Below, one piece after another: positions 18,255 through 28,813 of a stretch of 64,000 nt of DNA. Each line of letters starts with the position of its first letter. Positions within the stretch are counted from its first letter, which is position 1. The stretch covers positions 1,568,001 to 1,632,000 of the forward strand of contig CAVRBU010000002.1 in NCBI GenBank assembly GCA_963719315.1. Reading direction: 5' to 3'. A program made the position numbers and the translations under genes. The stretch is from an uncultured Planctomycetota bacterium (lineage in GTDB: Bacteria; Planctomycetota; Planctomycetia; Pirellulales; Lacipirellulaceae). Below the pieces are notes generated by a model. The model searched no databases. It saw nothing but the letters and a program-made list of their open reading frames with translations, and was not told the origin of the DNA.

Positions 18255-19391
18255 ATGACCACCACTGCTTCCCAATGCCGAACGCCCCGCCGCGTGTTGC
18301 AGGTCATCACGCCCTCGCGGATGAGCGGCGCCGAAATGCAGCTCGTGCGGATGACGCCCCACCTGAAGGCCCGTGGGCACGCCATTACTACGCTGGTGAA
18401 AGCAGGCAGCTCGGCCATTCCCGAAATGCACCGCCTTGGCCTCCAAACCGCGTCCGCGCGAATCTCGGGAAAGCTCAACCCAGCGGCCGTGCCTCTGCTG
18501 GCCTATGCCGCGCGGCAACATCGGGCAGACCTCATTCAATCCACGCTCTCCACCGCCAGTTGGTGGAGCGGCTGGCTCGAACGCCTCGGCGGGCCGCCCT
18601 CCATCGGCCACGTGCAAGGCTTCACCTCGGCCAAGTGGCACCGCCATCAATCCCATTTGCTGGCCGTTTCCGACGCAGTGAAACGCGATTTGGTGAAGCA
18701 AGGCATCGACCCCGATCGCTTCACCGTGCTGCACAACGCGATTTCGCCCGATGACTTCTTCGCCACCCGCGACCCGTTGCTCGTCCGCGCCGAGCTAGGT
18801 GCCGACGCCGACACGCCGGTCGTCGGCACATTTGCCCATCTCTCGGAGAAAAAGGGCCATCGCGATTTGTTTGACGCCATCCCCGTCGTTCTTCGTCAAT
18901 TGCCCAATGCCCAGTTTTGGATCGTCGGCGAGGGTCAGCTCTGGGAAGAGCTCCACCAAACGGCCGAGCTAACCGGCGTAATGCAAAACGTCCGCTTCCT
19001 CGGTTTCCGCCGCGACGTCGCCAACCTCATGAACGCGATCGACGTGATGGCCCTCCCCTCGCGCCGCGAGCCGTGTGCACTTGCGTATGTGGAAACTGCC
19101 CTCTCGCGCAAGCCGAGCATCGGCTGCTGCTCCGGCGGCGCGCCCGAGTCGATCGCCGACGGCGAAACGGGGCTGCTTGTGCCGGTGGGCGACTCGGCCT
19201 CCCTCGCCCAGTCGCTCCTCACGCTACTCACCAATCGCGACTACGCCGCCCGCATGGGCCGCGCCGGTTACGATCGCGCCGTCGGCCTGTTCGGCTGGGA
19301 TCGCTTCATCCATACACTCGAACGTGTATACGAACGCGTCCTCGACGAACACCCCGCCAACCGCCGCACTGCCTGCCGCTCCGCGGCTTAG
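18255..19391 (+). CDS. GT4 glycosyltransferase
   Basis: SGAEMQL, KKGHRDL, FLGFRRDV, PSRREPCALAYVET and ETGLLVP. Confidence 0.92.
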   Translation: MTTTASQCRTPRRVLQVITPSRMSGAEMQLVRMTPHLKARGHAITTLVKAGSSAIPEMHRLGLQTASARISGKLNPAAVPLLAYAARQHRADLIQSTLSTASWWSGWLERLGGPPSIGHVQGFTSAKWHRHQSHLLAVSDAVKRDLVKQGIDPDRFTVLHNAISPDDFFATRDPLLVRAELGADADTPVVGTFAHLSEKKGHRDLFDAIPVVLRQLPNAQFWIVGEGQLWEELHQTAELTGVMQNVRFLGFRRDVANLMNAIDVMALPSRREPCALAYVETALSRKPSIGCCSGGAPESIADGETGLLVPVGDSASLAQSLLTLLTNRDYAARMGRAGYDRAVGLFGWDRFIHTLERVYERVLDEHPANRRTACRSAA

Positions 19392-19421
19392 CGAACTGAC
19401 GACTAAACATGCCAATCGCAA

Positions 19422-19494
19422 TGTGGGAGGCGTCTCCGACGCCGATAAAACCTACAAGTTCGAACGCGGCATCGGCCTCAGAGAGGCCTCCCAC
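19422..19494. repeat. REPIN-like inverted pair of REP palindromes
   Basis: tgtgggaggcgtctccgacgccgat ... atcggcctcagagaggcctcccac. Confidence 0.75.
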
Positions 19495-19532
19495 CAATCG
19501 TCCCGAAACAGCAAAACCGCACCTTGTCATAA

Positions 19533-20687
19533 CACACAGAGTCCGGCCGGGCTATCTCGCGGTCGCCCCGCGCCCCGCGCGTCCTCCACGCCATCGCACC
19601 CTCGAAGCTGGCCGGCGCGGAGACGTTCCTGTTACGATTGTTCCGCCGCGCATCGCTCGACCAGTTTGTCAGCCACTGCGTTGTAAGTCGCAACCGCGCC
19701 AACCTCGAGCTACTGGCCGCCAACCTGCCGTTCGACCGCGTCGGAATCGGCGGCAAAGCGAACCTGCTTGCCGTTTCGCGCCTGGCTGCCGCCGCCCGCC
19801 GCTTCCAGGCCGACGTGCTCCACACGCACCTTTCGACTGCCAGTTGGTGGGCCGGCTGGCTCGAACAACTAGGCGGCCCACCCTCGATCGGCCACGTCCA
19901 CGGCTTCACCTCAGCCCGTTGGCACCGCCGCCAAAGCCACCTCATCGCCTGCTCGGCCGCCGTCCAACAAGACCTGATCGAAAAGGGGATCGCCGCCGAC
20001 CGAATCACCGTCCTCCATTACCCGCTCGAACCTGAAGACCTCCGCCCCACGCGGTCGCGGGCCGACGTCCGCCGCGAGTTGGGCGTGGAAGCGAATACGC
20101 CCGTCGTCGGGACATTCGCCCACCTCTCGCCCAAGAAGGGTCATCGCGAGCTTATCCAAGCCGCCGCCCTCGTCCTCAACACCATGCCCAACGCCCAATT
20201 CTGGTGCTTCGGCGAAGGCCCGTTACGAACCGAGTTAGAACAAACGGCCCGCCGCCTCGGCATCGCCGACCGCTTCAGGCTCTTCGGCTTCCGCCGCGAC
20301 GTGGCCAACCTCATGCCCGCCATCGACGTGATGTGCCTCGCCTCTCACCGCGAACCCTTCGGCCTCGTCTATCTGGAAGCCGCCCTTGCCGAAAAACCCG
20401 TCATCGCCTGCCAAGCCGGCGGCGCCCCCGAAATAATCGAACACAACGAAACCGGCCTACTAATTCCCCCTCCCCTTCTGCCTTCCACACTCCCCACTCG
20501 CCACTCCGCACTTGCCCTTTCCACTCCCCACTCCCCACTCGCCACCGCCCTCTTCACCCTCCTCGACAACCCCACCACCGCAGCCACCATGGGCCGCCGC
20601 GCCCGCGAGCGCGCCCTCGACCGCTTCCGCTGGAGCGACTACCTCGCCAACCTCACCGCCCTCTACGACCGCATCCGCAAAGTGTAG
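19533..20687 (+). CDS. GT4 glycosyltransferase, tandem paralog of 18255-19391 (start unclear; in-frame TAA at 19530)
   Basis: RVLHAIAPSKLAGAETFL in frame upstream of the track start. LSTASWWAGWLEQLGGPPSIGHVHGF is nearly identical to the paralog. EPFGLVYLEA. Confidence 0.88.
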   Translation, partial: HTESGRAISRSPRAPRVLHAIAPSKLAGAETFLLRLFRRASLDQFVSHCVVSRNRANLELLAANLPFDRVGIGGKANLLAVSRLAAAARRFQADVLHTHLSTASWWAGWLEQLGGPPSIGHVHGFTSARWHRRQSHLIACSAAVQQDLIEKGIAADRITVLHYPLEPEDLRPTRSRADVRRELGVEANTPVVGTFAHLSPKKGHRELIQAAALVLNTMPNAQFWCFGEGPLRTELEQTARRLGIADRFRLFGFRRDVANLMPAIDVMCLASHREPFGLVYLEAALAEKPVIACQAGGAPEIIEHNETGLLIPPPLLPSTLPTRHSALALSTPHSPLATALFTLLDNPTTAATMGRRARERALDRFRWSDYLANLTALYDRIRKV

Positions 20688-21124
20688 TCCTCTGGCTCCT
20701 TTTTGTTCGCGGAGCGAGCCGTCGTGTTGAGTGCGCACCGACCGCCAGCACTGTCTCGCGTTCCGAGAATCGAACAATAGGCGGGCCGTCTGTCGCTGCG
20801 GGGTGTTGCGGTCTCGTGTTGGGGTTTAACGAGCAAAACGATTTGCGGAATGTTCGAGAATTACAGTGCGGCCGGGGAGTATTGCGCTCGCGTGCCTTGC
20901 GCGTTGGATTCACAACCTGTTGCGGCCCAAGGGGTTGAATTTTGCTCGCGACGTGGAAAATTTTTTTTCGCGTGCAAAAGTCCGAGTTTCGCTCGTCAGC
21001 CGGCATGAATCGCTCGGATAATCCAGGCTCGGCGAGCATCGCGGGCGGGCAAAAGTCAGGGAGTTTACGTTCATTGATGCACTAACCGAACGCCTTTCGA
21101 CGCGATTGGGGAGAGGCCCACGAA

Positions 21125-21210
21125 GTACGTCCCTTCTGCCGGAAGGGACCTCCGTGCGGGTGGAGTGCGCACACAGCCGCTGAGGTCCCGCTCGGCAAGC
21201 GGGACCTACT
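21125..21210. repeat. GTAG-family REPIN-like inverted pair
   Basis: gtacgtcccttctgccggaagggacct ... aggtcccgctcggcaagcgggacctac (reverse complement GTAGGTCCCGCTTGCCGAGCGGGACCT). Confidence 0.8.
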
Positions 21211-21386
21211 TGGAGTTGCTTCAAAATGCCAAAGAACCAAGGCCGGATTTTCTGCGCGGAGATCGAATGTAGCAGATTGGGCGCGGATTTCTAGATTCGA
21301 TTTTTGGCCGGGTGCTGGACGAGGAACAAGGGGCGAGGTGCAACGCAGTCGCTGCGATTTGGTGTGCAACACCTGCGGCGTAATCA

Positions 21387-21497
21387 TTACGGATTGCCCG
21401 CATATTCGGCCGGCAAACTATTCACGAGCTTCACGGTCTCGACGCTGACGCGGACGACCTGGCCCAGCAGGTGGACGATGTATTCTTCATCGCCGGT
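21387..21497 (-). pseudogene. Probable C-terminal remnant of a type ISP restriction-modification enzyme
   Basis: GDEEYIVHLLGQVVRVSVETVKLVNSLP* resembles the conserved extreme C-terminus of type ISP enzymes. No upstream body of the gene is present. Recognition is from memory, not from a search. Confidence 0.55.
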
Positions 21498-21553
21498 CGT
21501 TCGTCTCTCGGAACGCGAGATAGAAAGTCGTGCCGGAATGCGACGGCAATCGC

Positions 21554-22669
21554 TTACCCACATTTCCGCGCCGCGTGCAGGCTCAGCAATTGATCGCACG
21601 CATGAGTGGCCATCGCGACGTTGATTGCCCGCATCGCCGAGTCGTCGGCCCCGCGGCGTTCGAGCGACGAGCCGGCCTCGTAGCGGATTTGCATTCGCAC
21701 GTTTTGCGGGCCGTATGCGCCGCACCAGTCGGCCCGGCTGGGCCCGTGCATGCTGACGGTGGGAGTACCGACGGCCACGGCCAAGTGCATCGGCCCCGTA
21801 TCGGAACCAACGAACAGCGCCGCCCGCCGGCACAGTGCGCCGAGCTCCAACATCGAAGTAGGCGGCGCTACGATGGCATGCCCGTCGCTCGCGGCGACGA
21901 TCGATTCGGCCAGCGGCGCTTCCGCCGGCGTGCCCCAGACCGCGATGCTCCGGATGCCGTGCGTGCGAAACAAATGCTGTGCGAGCTCGCCATACCGTTC
22001 GGCCGGCCACATCTTCGAGGGCCACCCGGCCCCCGGGTTCAGGACCGCAAACCGCTGCCCGGCCAAACCGCTTTCGCGCAAGAACTTGTCGGCAACCTGT
22101 GCGTCGGCTGCTCGTTCGGGCAGATCGAACCGCACCTCCGGCGACTCGATCCCCAACGTTCGCAGCATGCTCAAATAGTGTTCGATGACATGCGTACCCC
22201 CGGCCTCGACCAGTTCGTTGTTGAACACGCGACTCAACTCGCGGCCATGTTCGCCCGACTTGCCGATCCGCCGCGGCGCTCCGCTGAGCCAGGCTGTAAT
22301 CGCACTCTTGGAAAGGCACTGGAGATCGAGCGTGATGTCGAAATTCAATTCGCGAAGTCGCCGCCGCATGTTCCAAACTTCACGCGGGGATTTCCAGTAT
22401 CGCCGCGGCACGCGGACCAATTCATCGAGCACCGGGTGCCCGTCGAGCACATCCCCCGCAGTCCCCTCGGTGATCCACGCCAGGAAAGCGTCCGGCAACG
22501 CCGCCCGCAATGCGCACAGCACGGGTATGCCATGGATCACGTCGCCGATGGCCGACAGGCGCACGATGAGAATCCGGGGCGAACCGTTGGCAATAGTGTC
22601 GATAGTTGGCCGTTGAGCTTGATTATCGAGTTTCGCACGCTTGCGGTGCGAAGTTTCGGGAGTGTCCAT
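21554..22669 (-). CDS. GT9 ADP-heptose:LPS heptosyltransferase (WaaC/WaaF-like)
   Basis: ILIVRLSAIGDVIH, LDLQCLSKS, LNPGAGWPSKMWP and VGSDTGPMHLA. Confidence 0.92.
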   Translation of the reverse strand: MDTPETSHRKRAKLDNQAQRPTIDTIANGSPRILIVRLSAIGDVIHGIPVLCALRAALPDAFLAWITEGTAGDVLDGHPVLDELVRVPRRYWKSPREVWNMRRRLRELNFDITLDLQCLSKSAITAWLSGAPRRIGKSGEHGRELSRVFNNELVEAGGTHVIEHYLSMLRTLGIESPEVRFDLPERAADAQVADKFLRESGLAGQRFAVLNPGAGWPSKMWPAERYGELAQHLFRTHGIRSIAVWGTPAEAPLAESIVAASDGHAIVAPPTSMLELGALCRRAALFVGSDTGPMHLAVAVGTPTVSMHGPSRADWCGAYGPQNVRMQIRYEAGSSLERRGADDSAMRAINVAMATHACDQLLSLHAARKCG

Positions 22670-22890
22670 CGGCGTATTTCCTGACAAGATCGGATATCGG
22701 ATGTGATTCTAACGAATGTGTTGCCATATTGGGACGCCGGTTATTGCGGAGATGTTCCGCAATTCAGGCCGAAGGACAATTTGGCAATACAGGCAATTAG
22801 AGCCTTTTGGAAAGCGCTTGACAGGGCGAGGGAGAGGCAGGCCACCCTCAAGAATGCCCCGTAATTCTTCTGAGCGCTATGCCAATCCGT

Positions 22891-24045
22891 TCACTTGTCG
22901 GCATCCACTTCCGGCCACTGCGCATTGCGAACGTCGAGCTTGATATCGGCATACTGTGTGGGTCCGTCACGGGCCACGACGAACGGGTCGGCCAGTTGGG
23001 TCTTGAAACCGACATTGCCGTCGATTCGCACGCGGAAGGCATACTTGCCGTAATCGACCAGCCGCAGGTTTTTTATGCTGCCGTCCACCTGCAAGCCGTG
23101 GATTTCATAGCAGCCGCCGTAGTCGTTCGACCGGCCGATCTGGAGCAGCGTTAGCGGCTTGCCGCTGTTGTCCCCGCCGACGTAGCAGCCGTAAACGTTC
23201 AGTGGTCCACCCTGGTCGAACTTGAAAGCGGTCTCCCAGCCACTGCGGAGATCGAACCCATACAACCAGTGGACCGCCGATTGCATGCCTTCGACCCAGT
23301 ACGGCAGCCGGACATGATGCATCAAGAGAGCAAAATGCTTTTGCTGATCCGCGTGGTTGTGATCGGGCGTGTCCAGATAATGGAGCCCCACGTCGCACTG
23401 CGTAATCGAGAGTTGATCCGTGACGAGATTGCCACAAGGTGGGGAGATGCGGGCCTCGACAACGATGCCTGTGCCGGCCAATGACGGATAATTCGGGTGA
23501 CGCAGTGGCCCACCGTTGAGAATCAAGCGCTCGATTCGCCCGCCAGAACCGCGATATATGATCATTGGCTGACCGAATGCGCCGTTCCAAATGATCCGCG
23601 TTGCACCCACGTTTTTGACGGCAATCGAATACGTATAGCCGCCCGAACCACATAGTGCACCCCCGAACCCGGCCGGCCATTTGATTGGAGTCTTAATGTA
23701 ATAATCGGCAAGTGTACCGACTGGCGCGACCTTCAGCTTACGGTTGATTTCATCCGCCAGCATCCGCGACAGGATGGGTCCATTGTCGACGCCGGCATCG
23801 TTCGGCACGCAGCCGTAGTCGTCCCAGGTCAAGATCGGCGGGCCAGCGCTCGAATCCTCAAGAACTAGCGTCTGGGCAGCAGTTCGCTGCAACTTGAGCT
23901 CGCGGCCCCCGACTATCACGACACTTGGTGGATCGCACGAAGCGACGGTGCTCCAGCAGAGTGCCCACACAAAGGCCGCAAGACAAATAGACATTGAGAA
24001 GAGATGACGCATAACGAAGCGTTGGAATTTGGATGTGTGTGTCAT
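22891..24045 (-). CDS. Secreted hypothetical protein, possible beta-helix (pectate-lyase-like) fold
   Basis: Signal peptide. DYGCVPNDAGVDNG...YYIKTPI...LCGSG resembles beta-helix N-terminal caps. Confidence 0.6.
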   Translation of the reverse strand: MTHTSKFQRFVMRHLFSMSICLAAFVWALCWSTVASCDPPSVVIVGGRELKLQRTAAQTLVLEDSSAGPPILTWDDYGCVPNDAGVDNGPILSRMLADEINRKLKVAPVGTLADYYIKTPIKWPAGFGGALCGSGGYTYSIAVKNVGATRIIWNGAFGQPMIIYRGSGGRIERLILNGGPLRHPNYPSLAGTGIVVEARISPPCGNLVTDQLSITQCDVGLHYLDTPDHNHADQQKHFALLMHHVRLPYWVEGMQSAVHWLYGFDLRSGWETAFKFDQGGPLNVYGCYVGGDNSGKPLTLLQIGRSNDYGGCYEIHGLQVDGSIKNLRLVDYGKYAFRVRIDGNVGFKTQLADPFVVARDGPTQYADIKLDVRNAQWPEVDADK

Positions 24046-24132
24046 TGTCGAAAATCAGATTCACTGTTTCGTGTTAAATGCTAACTTGTACTCAGTTCGC
24101 TGGGTCGTGCCGCCCGATAATCTCATCTTGTG

Positions 24133-25686
24133 TCATATAGTAGGCTGATCCTGCGACGCGGTGTCGACCGCCGGCAACCGACTTCCGTGGCGCACGCGTC
24201 TCCAAAGCGGCGCCACTTGTTGGGTTAAGTCGTGCAGCGACGCCGGCACAAGTAGATACACTACGAATACGTATACAGCGCAAAACGTCAAGCTACCCCC
24301 ACCGATCGCTGCCAAATCACCAATTTTGTTAGCCGGAAGACACGCTTGCCATAGCACGCTTGGAACTATCGCGACGACTCCCGCCAATAACGGGCTTAAT
24401 AGGGCTCGAAAAAAGCTGCCCAGCGGGGCGTAGTTGTGTGTGGCGAGCCAGTGGATCGCGGGGCTATAAAAACAGTGAAAAACTGCAACTCCGATCGCAA
24501 TGGAAACGATGCTCGGGTGTGACAGAACAATTTCAGTCAGAATTCCCACAAATACGATCGCACTACCCGCCGTCAACGACAATTGCTCGCGGAAACGCCC
24601 TTGCGCGAGCAGTAGACTTGCGGCCGGCCAGCACGCGGCGTTAATCATCAAGCCCAGAGTAAGGATCTGGCATGGCAATACCGCATCCAGCCAGCGCGGT
24701 GGGAACACAACTCGAAAAAGCGGTCCGGCAAGCAGGACTTGCAGCAGGCACACTGGCACCGTAACCAATGTTAATAGCCGCATCGCTCGCAGCGCTGCCT
24801 GAACTTGCTTCGTTGGTTCGAGAGACAAGTGGCTAAGACCCGGAAACAAGACCAGCGGAATATTTCCTGAAAGCAGGCGTAGAGGTTGAAGGGCGATGTT
24901 GAACGCAAACACGTACGCGCCGATCGTTGCATCACTCAGGCCGGCCAAACCGAGCGCCATGTAGTCGGCTTGGTTGATAAACGTGTTGAGCAGATTGGTC
25001 ATACCCACCGTAACGCTATTTCCAAATATGTATTTCCAGCGAGAAAACTCCAGACGGCGGCGGATTGGCGGTCGGGCAAGTCGCCAGGTCGCCATCGATA
25101 CCACGGCCGATGCAATGGGCACCGGCACGACAAAGCTATATGCTTTCATGCCGCAGTACGCAAAAAGAATCGTCAGCGCCGCCGTAAGTACGCTCCCTAG
25201 CAATCCCACCACAACGATGGCCCGAAAACGCATCTGCATCTGCAACTGCGCTTTGGGAACGACTTGCAGCGCCTGAATCGGCAGCGCGATCGCGAGCACC
25301 GCGATCAATCCGATCAATCTCGGTTGCGCGTACATCCAAGCGGCTACCGGCGCCAGTAGGAGCATCACCCCACAGCCGACTATTCCCATCGTGGCCACTA
25401 GCCAAAATGCGGGCGTTGCCCAATACCGATATCGCCGCAGCCGCTGCACTAGAACCGTATCCACGCCCGGGTTTGCCATCAGCGTGACGAGCGTCGTCAC
25501 GGTATACGCCAAGCCGATAAGTCCGAAATCGCTCTTCGCAAGCAGCCACGCGAGGGCGACCTGCTGCACCAACGTCACGCCGCGCGACAATGCCGCCTGA
25601 ACTGCGACCAACATCACCCCACGGGTCGTCTTCTGCCGAAGCGATGGCGATTCGCTTGGCGGCGTTTGAAATGCTGCGCTGGCCAT
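24133..25686 (-). CDS. Wzx-type polysaccharide flippase (PST family)
   Basis: LAWLLAKSDFGLIG, multiple TM segments, ADYMALG...IGAYVFAF and VLFPGLS. Confidence 0.9.
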   Translation of the reverse strand: MASAAFQTPPSESPSLRQKTTRGVMLVAVQAALSRGVTLVQQVALAWLLAKSDFGLIGLAYTVTTLVTLMANPGVDTVLVQRLRRYRYWATPAFWLVATMGIVGCGVMLLLAPVAAWMYAQPRLIGLIAVLAIALPIQALQVVPKAQLQMQMRFRAIVVVGLLGSVLTAALTILFAYCGMKAYSFVVPVPIASAVVSMATWRLARPPIRRRLEFSRWKYIFGNSVTVGMTNLLNTFINQADYMALGLAGLSDATIGAYVFAFNIALQPLRLLSGNIPLVLFPGLSHLSLEPTKQVQAALRAMRLLTLVTVPVCLLQVLLAGPLFRVVFPPRWLDAVLPCQILTLGLMINAACWPAASLLLAQGRFREQLSLTAGSAIVFVGILTEIVLSHPSIVSIAIGVAVFHCFYSPAIHWLATHNYAPLGSFFRALLSPLLAGVVAIVPSVLWQACLPANKIGDLAAIGGGSLTFCAVYVFVVYLLVPASLHDLTQQVAPLWRRVRHGSRLPAVDTASQDQPTI

Positions 25687-25772
25687 CTGAAATACCAATG
25701 TGGGCACTTACGACTCGCGAGTCGTCGGTGGAACTTAAGCTAGTTCCCGCGAATCCTCTGATAGAAATTCGT

Positions 25773-26519
25773 TCAGCAATACTTCTGGCACCGATCCAGG
25801 CTGCCAAATTTGAGCACGAAAGCCAAGTCGATTTCGCCGAGTGCCCCATCGAGCGGCCGCCGCAGAAAGCCAGGTACGTCGAAAACCTTATAATTCCTCG
25901 CGTCCATATATGCGACCACATCTACCATTAGCGGTCGCGTTGGTGACGTTGCGTACAGCCCAACCTCCATCACCAGGCATTGCGTGTGGCCAAATATTTT
26001 CGACGCTCCATTGAGCGCTTCCAGCTCGAATCCCTGCACGTCCAGCTTCACCAGATCTGGAAGCGTCTCGGGCTGCGCATACAGTGAGTCGATTGTCAAA
26101 ATTGGCACGCGGCGTTTTTCACAGGCCGCAGTTTCGTCCACAAGTGGCAGCAGCGACGACCCCGCCAAGTGATCCTGCCACACGTTGAGCAACATCTCTC
26201 CCGCCTGTGGTCCTGCCGCGGCAAGCTCGCAACGACTTCCTTCTGATTCGGAACAGAATTTTCTGAGATAGGGCAACATCTCCTCCTGCGGCTCGATCAA
26301 GACAAAACGCGCCTCGGGAAAGACGGTCCGCGCCATGCGGGCCCATTCTGCTCGGTTCGCACCAACGTCCAAAATATTGTTGGGACGAAACCCCATCCGG
26401 TGAAGACGCTCGAGAAATGGCGCCATTTCGCCAATACACGTTGTCCGTCGGCGAACGGACCAGCCCAATCGTTGTGAGGCGGATTTCGCCCAGCGTGCAA
26501 GTTGTCGTTTGATCGACAT
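25773..26519 (-). CDS. FkbM-family methyltransferase
   Basis: ILDVGANRA, LIEP and LVKLDVQGFELEAL. Confidence 0.9.
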   Translation of the reverse strand: MSIKRQLARWAKSASQRLGWSVRRRTTCIGEMAPFLERLHRMGFRPNNILDVGANRAEWARMARTVFPEARFVLIEPQEEMLPYLRKFCSESEGSRCELAAAGPQAGEMLLNVWQDHLAGSSLLPLVDETAACEKRRVPILTIDSLYAQPETLPDLVKLDVQGFELEALNGASKIFGHTQCLVMEVGLYATSPTRPLMVDVVAYMDARNYKVFDVPGFLRRPLDGALGEIDLAFVLKFGSLDRCQKYC

Positions 26520-26573
26520 GAATTAGATCGCGACGAATGGCTGAAAGTTCCGCCGGTGGGACCATCAATCTGG

Positions 26574-27533
26574 CTACTTCGGCAACAAAAGAATATTCTC
26601 GTACCTGTATTTGGGCAGAAGCTGATGCGGCTCGATTACGCCGTTCCGCGCTTCGAACGGCCGATAACCATGGGAAATTACAGCTTCGAGCAACTCCCTA
26701 CTGCGGCTGCTGTTCCGCTCAAGATCGTCACCGACTTCAACGGTCAAAATCGGACGCGCCCGGCGGATCGTCTCCGCCATTCCAGCCAGGATGTTCAGTT
26801 CCGCCCCCTCAGCATCGAGCTTTAGAAAGTTTGGCGTCGCGCCCGTAATGCGCACATACTCATCGACCGAAGTTGCCTGCACTGTACATGGCGCCCCTGA
26901 CACGCCTTCGCGCATGTTATCTTCAACCTCCCCTGCCTGAATGGAATTGAACGCCGAATACATTGTCCCGTAGTCGCGAAATTCCAGCGACTCCGCTCTA
27001 GACCACAATGCCACATTGTTCACGCGCACATTCGGTTTCATGGCTGTGTTGCGCCGCAGCACTTCAAATGTGCTCGGCGTCGGTTCAAACGCGTGGACGG
27101 CCCCTGCCTTGCCGACCAGCGTCGACGCGAGCAGCGAGTAATAGCCGAAATGCGCTCCCACGTCGAAAAACACCATGCCTGGCTCGAGCGTGTTCAGGAT
27201 GATTTGCGTCAATCCGCGTTCGAAGAACTTATAGCGGTAGAGCGCCATCGACACCGGCTCCGGAAACACCACCTGCATATCGTCGCCCCAAAAGGTCGTC
27301 GCCCGCCGCCACACGGGCAAACGAAACTGCTTGGCATACAATTCAAGACATTTCGAGTACAGTAGACGAATGGGCGAGTGCAGCAGGCGCGAGAGTCGAG
27401 TTGGTCGATAGCGCCAGCCGCTGCGACAAAACTTTCGTTGAGAGTCGATGCCATCGGCGGGATAATAGAAAAGCGGATTCTGCACCGAAGACTGGTAAAC
27501 GCGATGATTTTCAGTATCTACGATCGTTTGCAA
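26574..27533 (-). CDS. FkbM-family methyltransferase
   Basis: FFDVGAHFGYYS, AFEP and FLKLDAEGAELNIL. Confidence 0.9.
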   Translation of the reverse strand: MQTIVDTENHRVYQSSVQNPLFYYPADGIDSQRKFCRSGWRYRPTRLSRLLHSPIRLLYSKCLELYAKQFRLPVWRRATTFWGDDMQVVFPEPVSMALYRYKFFERGLTQIILNTLEPGMVFFDVGAHFGYYSLLASTLVGKAGAVHAFEPTPSTFEVLRRNTAMKPNVRVNNVALWSRAESLEFRDYGTMYSAFNSIQAGEVEDNMREGVSGAPCTVQATSVDEYVRITGATPNFLKLDAEGAELNILAGMAETIRRARPILTVEVGDDLERNSSRSRELLEAVISHGYRPFEARNGVIEPHQLLPKYRYENILLLPK

Positions 27534-27719
27534 GCCGTCAAATCGCGCCGCCGTACGTAGCGATTGTTGGCATCATATTGAATGCCCCGGTGATTTGGCC
27601 GAGTTCGACCGCTATACCGGCGCTGCTTATACTCATGGTACACTCAACGAAATTCGGTACCTTAGCCTCTTAGGCGACGCGCATTTTTCCACTTGCCAAA
27701 GATATCCGGAGCGATTGCG

Positions 27720-28771
27720 ATGCGTGTGTTAGTCACCGGCAGCAGCGGCCTGATTGGCTCTGAGGCCGTCACATTTTTCGATGCGCAGGGCTGTTCCGTC
27801 CTCGGCGTGGACAATAACATGCGCGCCGATTTCTTCGGGCCGCACGGCGACACCACGGCTAACCGTGATCGGCTCGAAAATCAATGCCGCTCGTTCGAGC
27901 ACGTCGAGATGGATATCCGCGATCGCCCTGGTGTCGATCGCTTGTTCCGGGACCGGCCATGCGATCTGATCATCCACGCCGCGGCTCAACCGAGTCACGA
28001 CTTAGCCGCTCGCCGGCCGTTCGACGACTTCGACATGAATGCGGTAGGAACACTCAACTTGCTCGAGGCCTGCCGCCAGCATACGCCGAAAGCGGTCTTC
28101 ATATTGATGAGCACCAACAAGGTCTACGGAGACGGACCCAACCAGATCCCTCTCAAAGAACTCGAAAGCCGCTGGGACTACGCGGATCCTAAATACGCGA
28201 ACGGCATCCCGGAGACTTTCCCCGTCGACAACACGCTTCATTCGTTGTTCGGCGTGTCGAAGCTAGCGGGCGACGTGTTGGCTCAGGAATACGGTCGATA
28301 TTTCGGGTTGAAAACCGGCATTTTTCGTGGCGGATGCCTCACCGGCCCCCATCATGCCGGCGTCGAACTTCACGGCTTTCTCAACTATCTCATGGTGACG
28401 GCGCGGCGCAAAAACCGTATACGATTTTCGGTTACAAGGGCAAACAGGTGCGAGATCAAATCCACAGCCACGATGTGATCAACGCATTCTGGCAGTTCGC
28501 TCAGAACCCTCGGCCGGGCGAGGTCTACAATCTGGGTGGGGGTAAAGGAAATGCCGCGAGCCTGCTCGAATGCGTCGATATGATCGAGCAAGCGTCTGGC
28601 AAAAAACCGGAACTGATATACAACGAGCAGAACCGCATTGGCGACCACATTTGTTACTATTCCGATCTAACGAAGTTGCACGCTCACTTTCCCGATTGGA
28701 AACTTTCGTACTCTTTGCCGCAAATCATTGAAGAGATGGTTGCACTCATTTCCCGCCGATCGAGTCGCTAG
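27720..28771 (+). CDS. NAD-dependent epimerase/dehydratase, CDP-paratose 2-epimerase-like (frameshift near 28405)
   Basis: [23 protein letters not shown] and FRGGCLTG; continues as [11 protein letters not shown]...YNLGGG in the next frame. Confidence 0.87.
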
Positions 28772-28813
28772 TGCAGCCGGGGCTCGATCGTCCGTATTTC
28801 TTGCCAACCTTGC

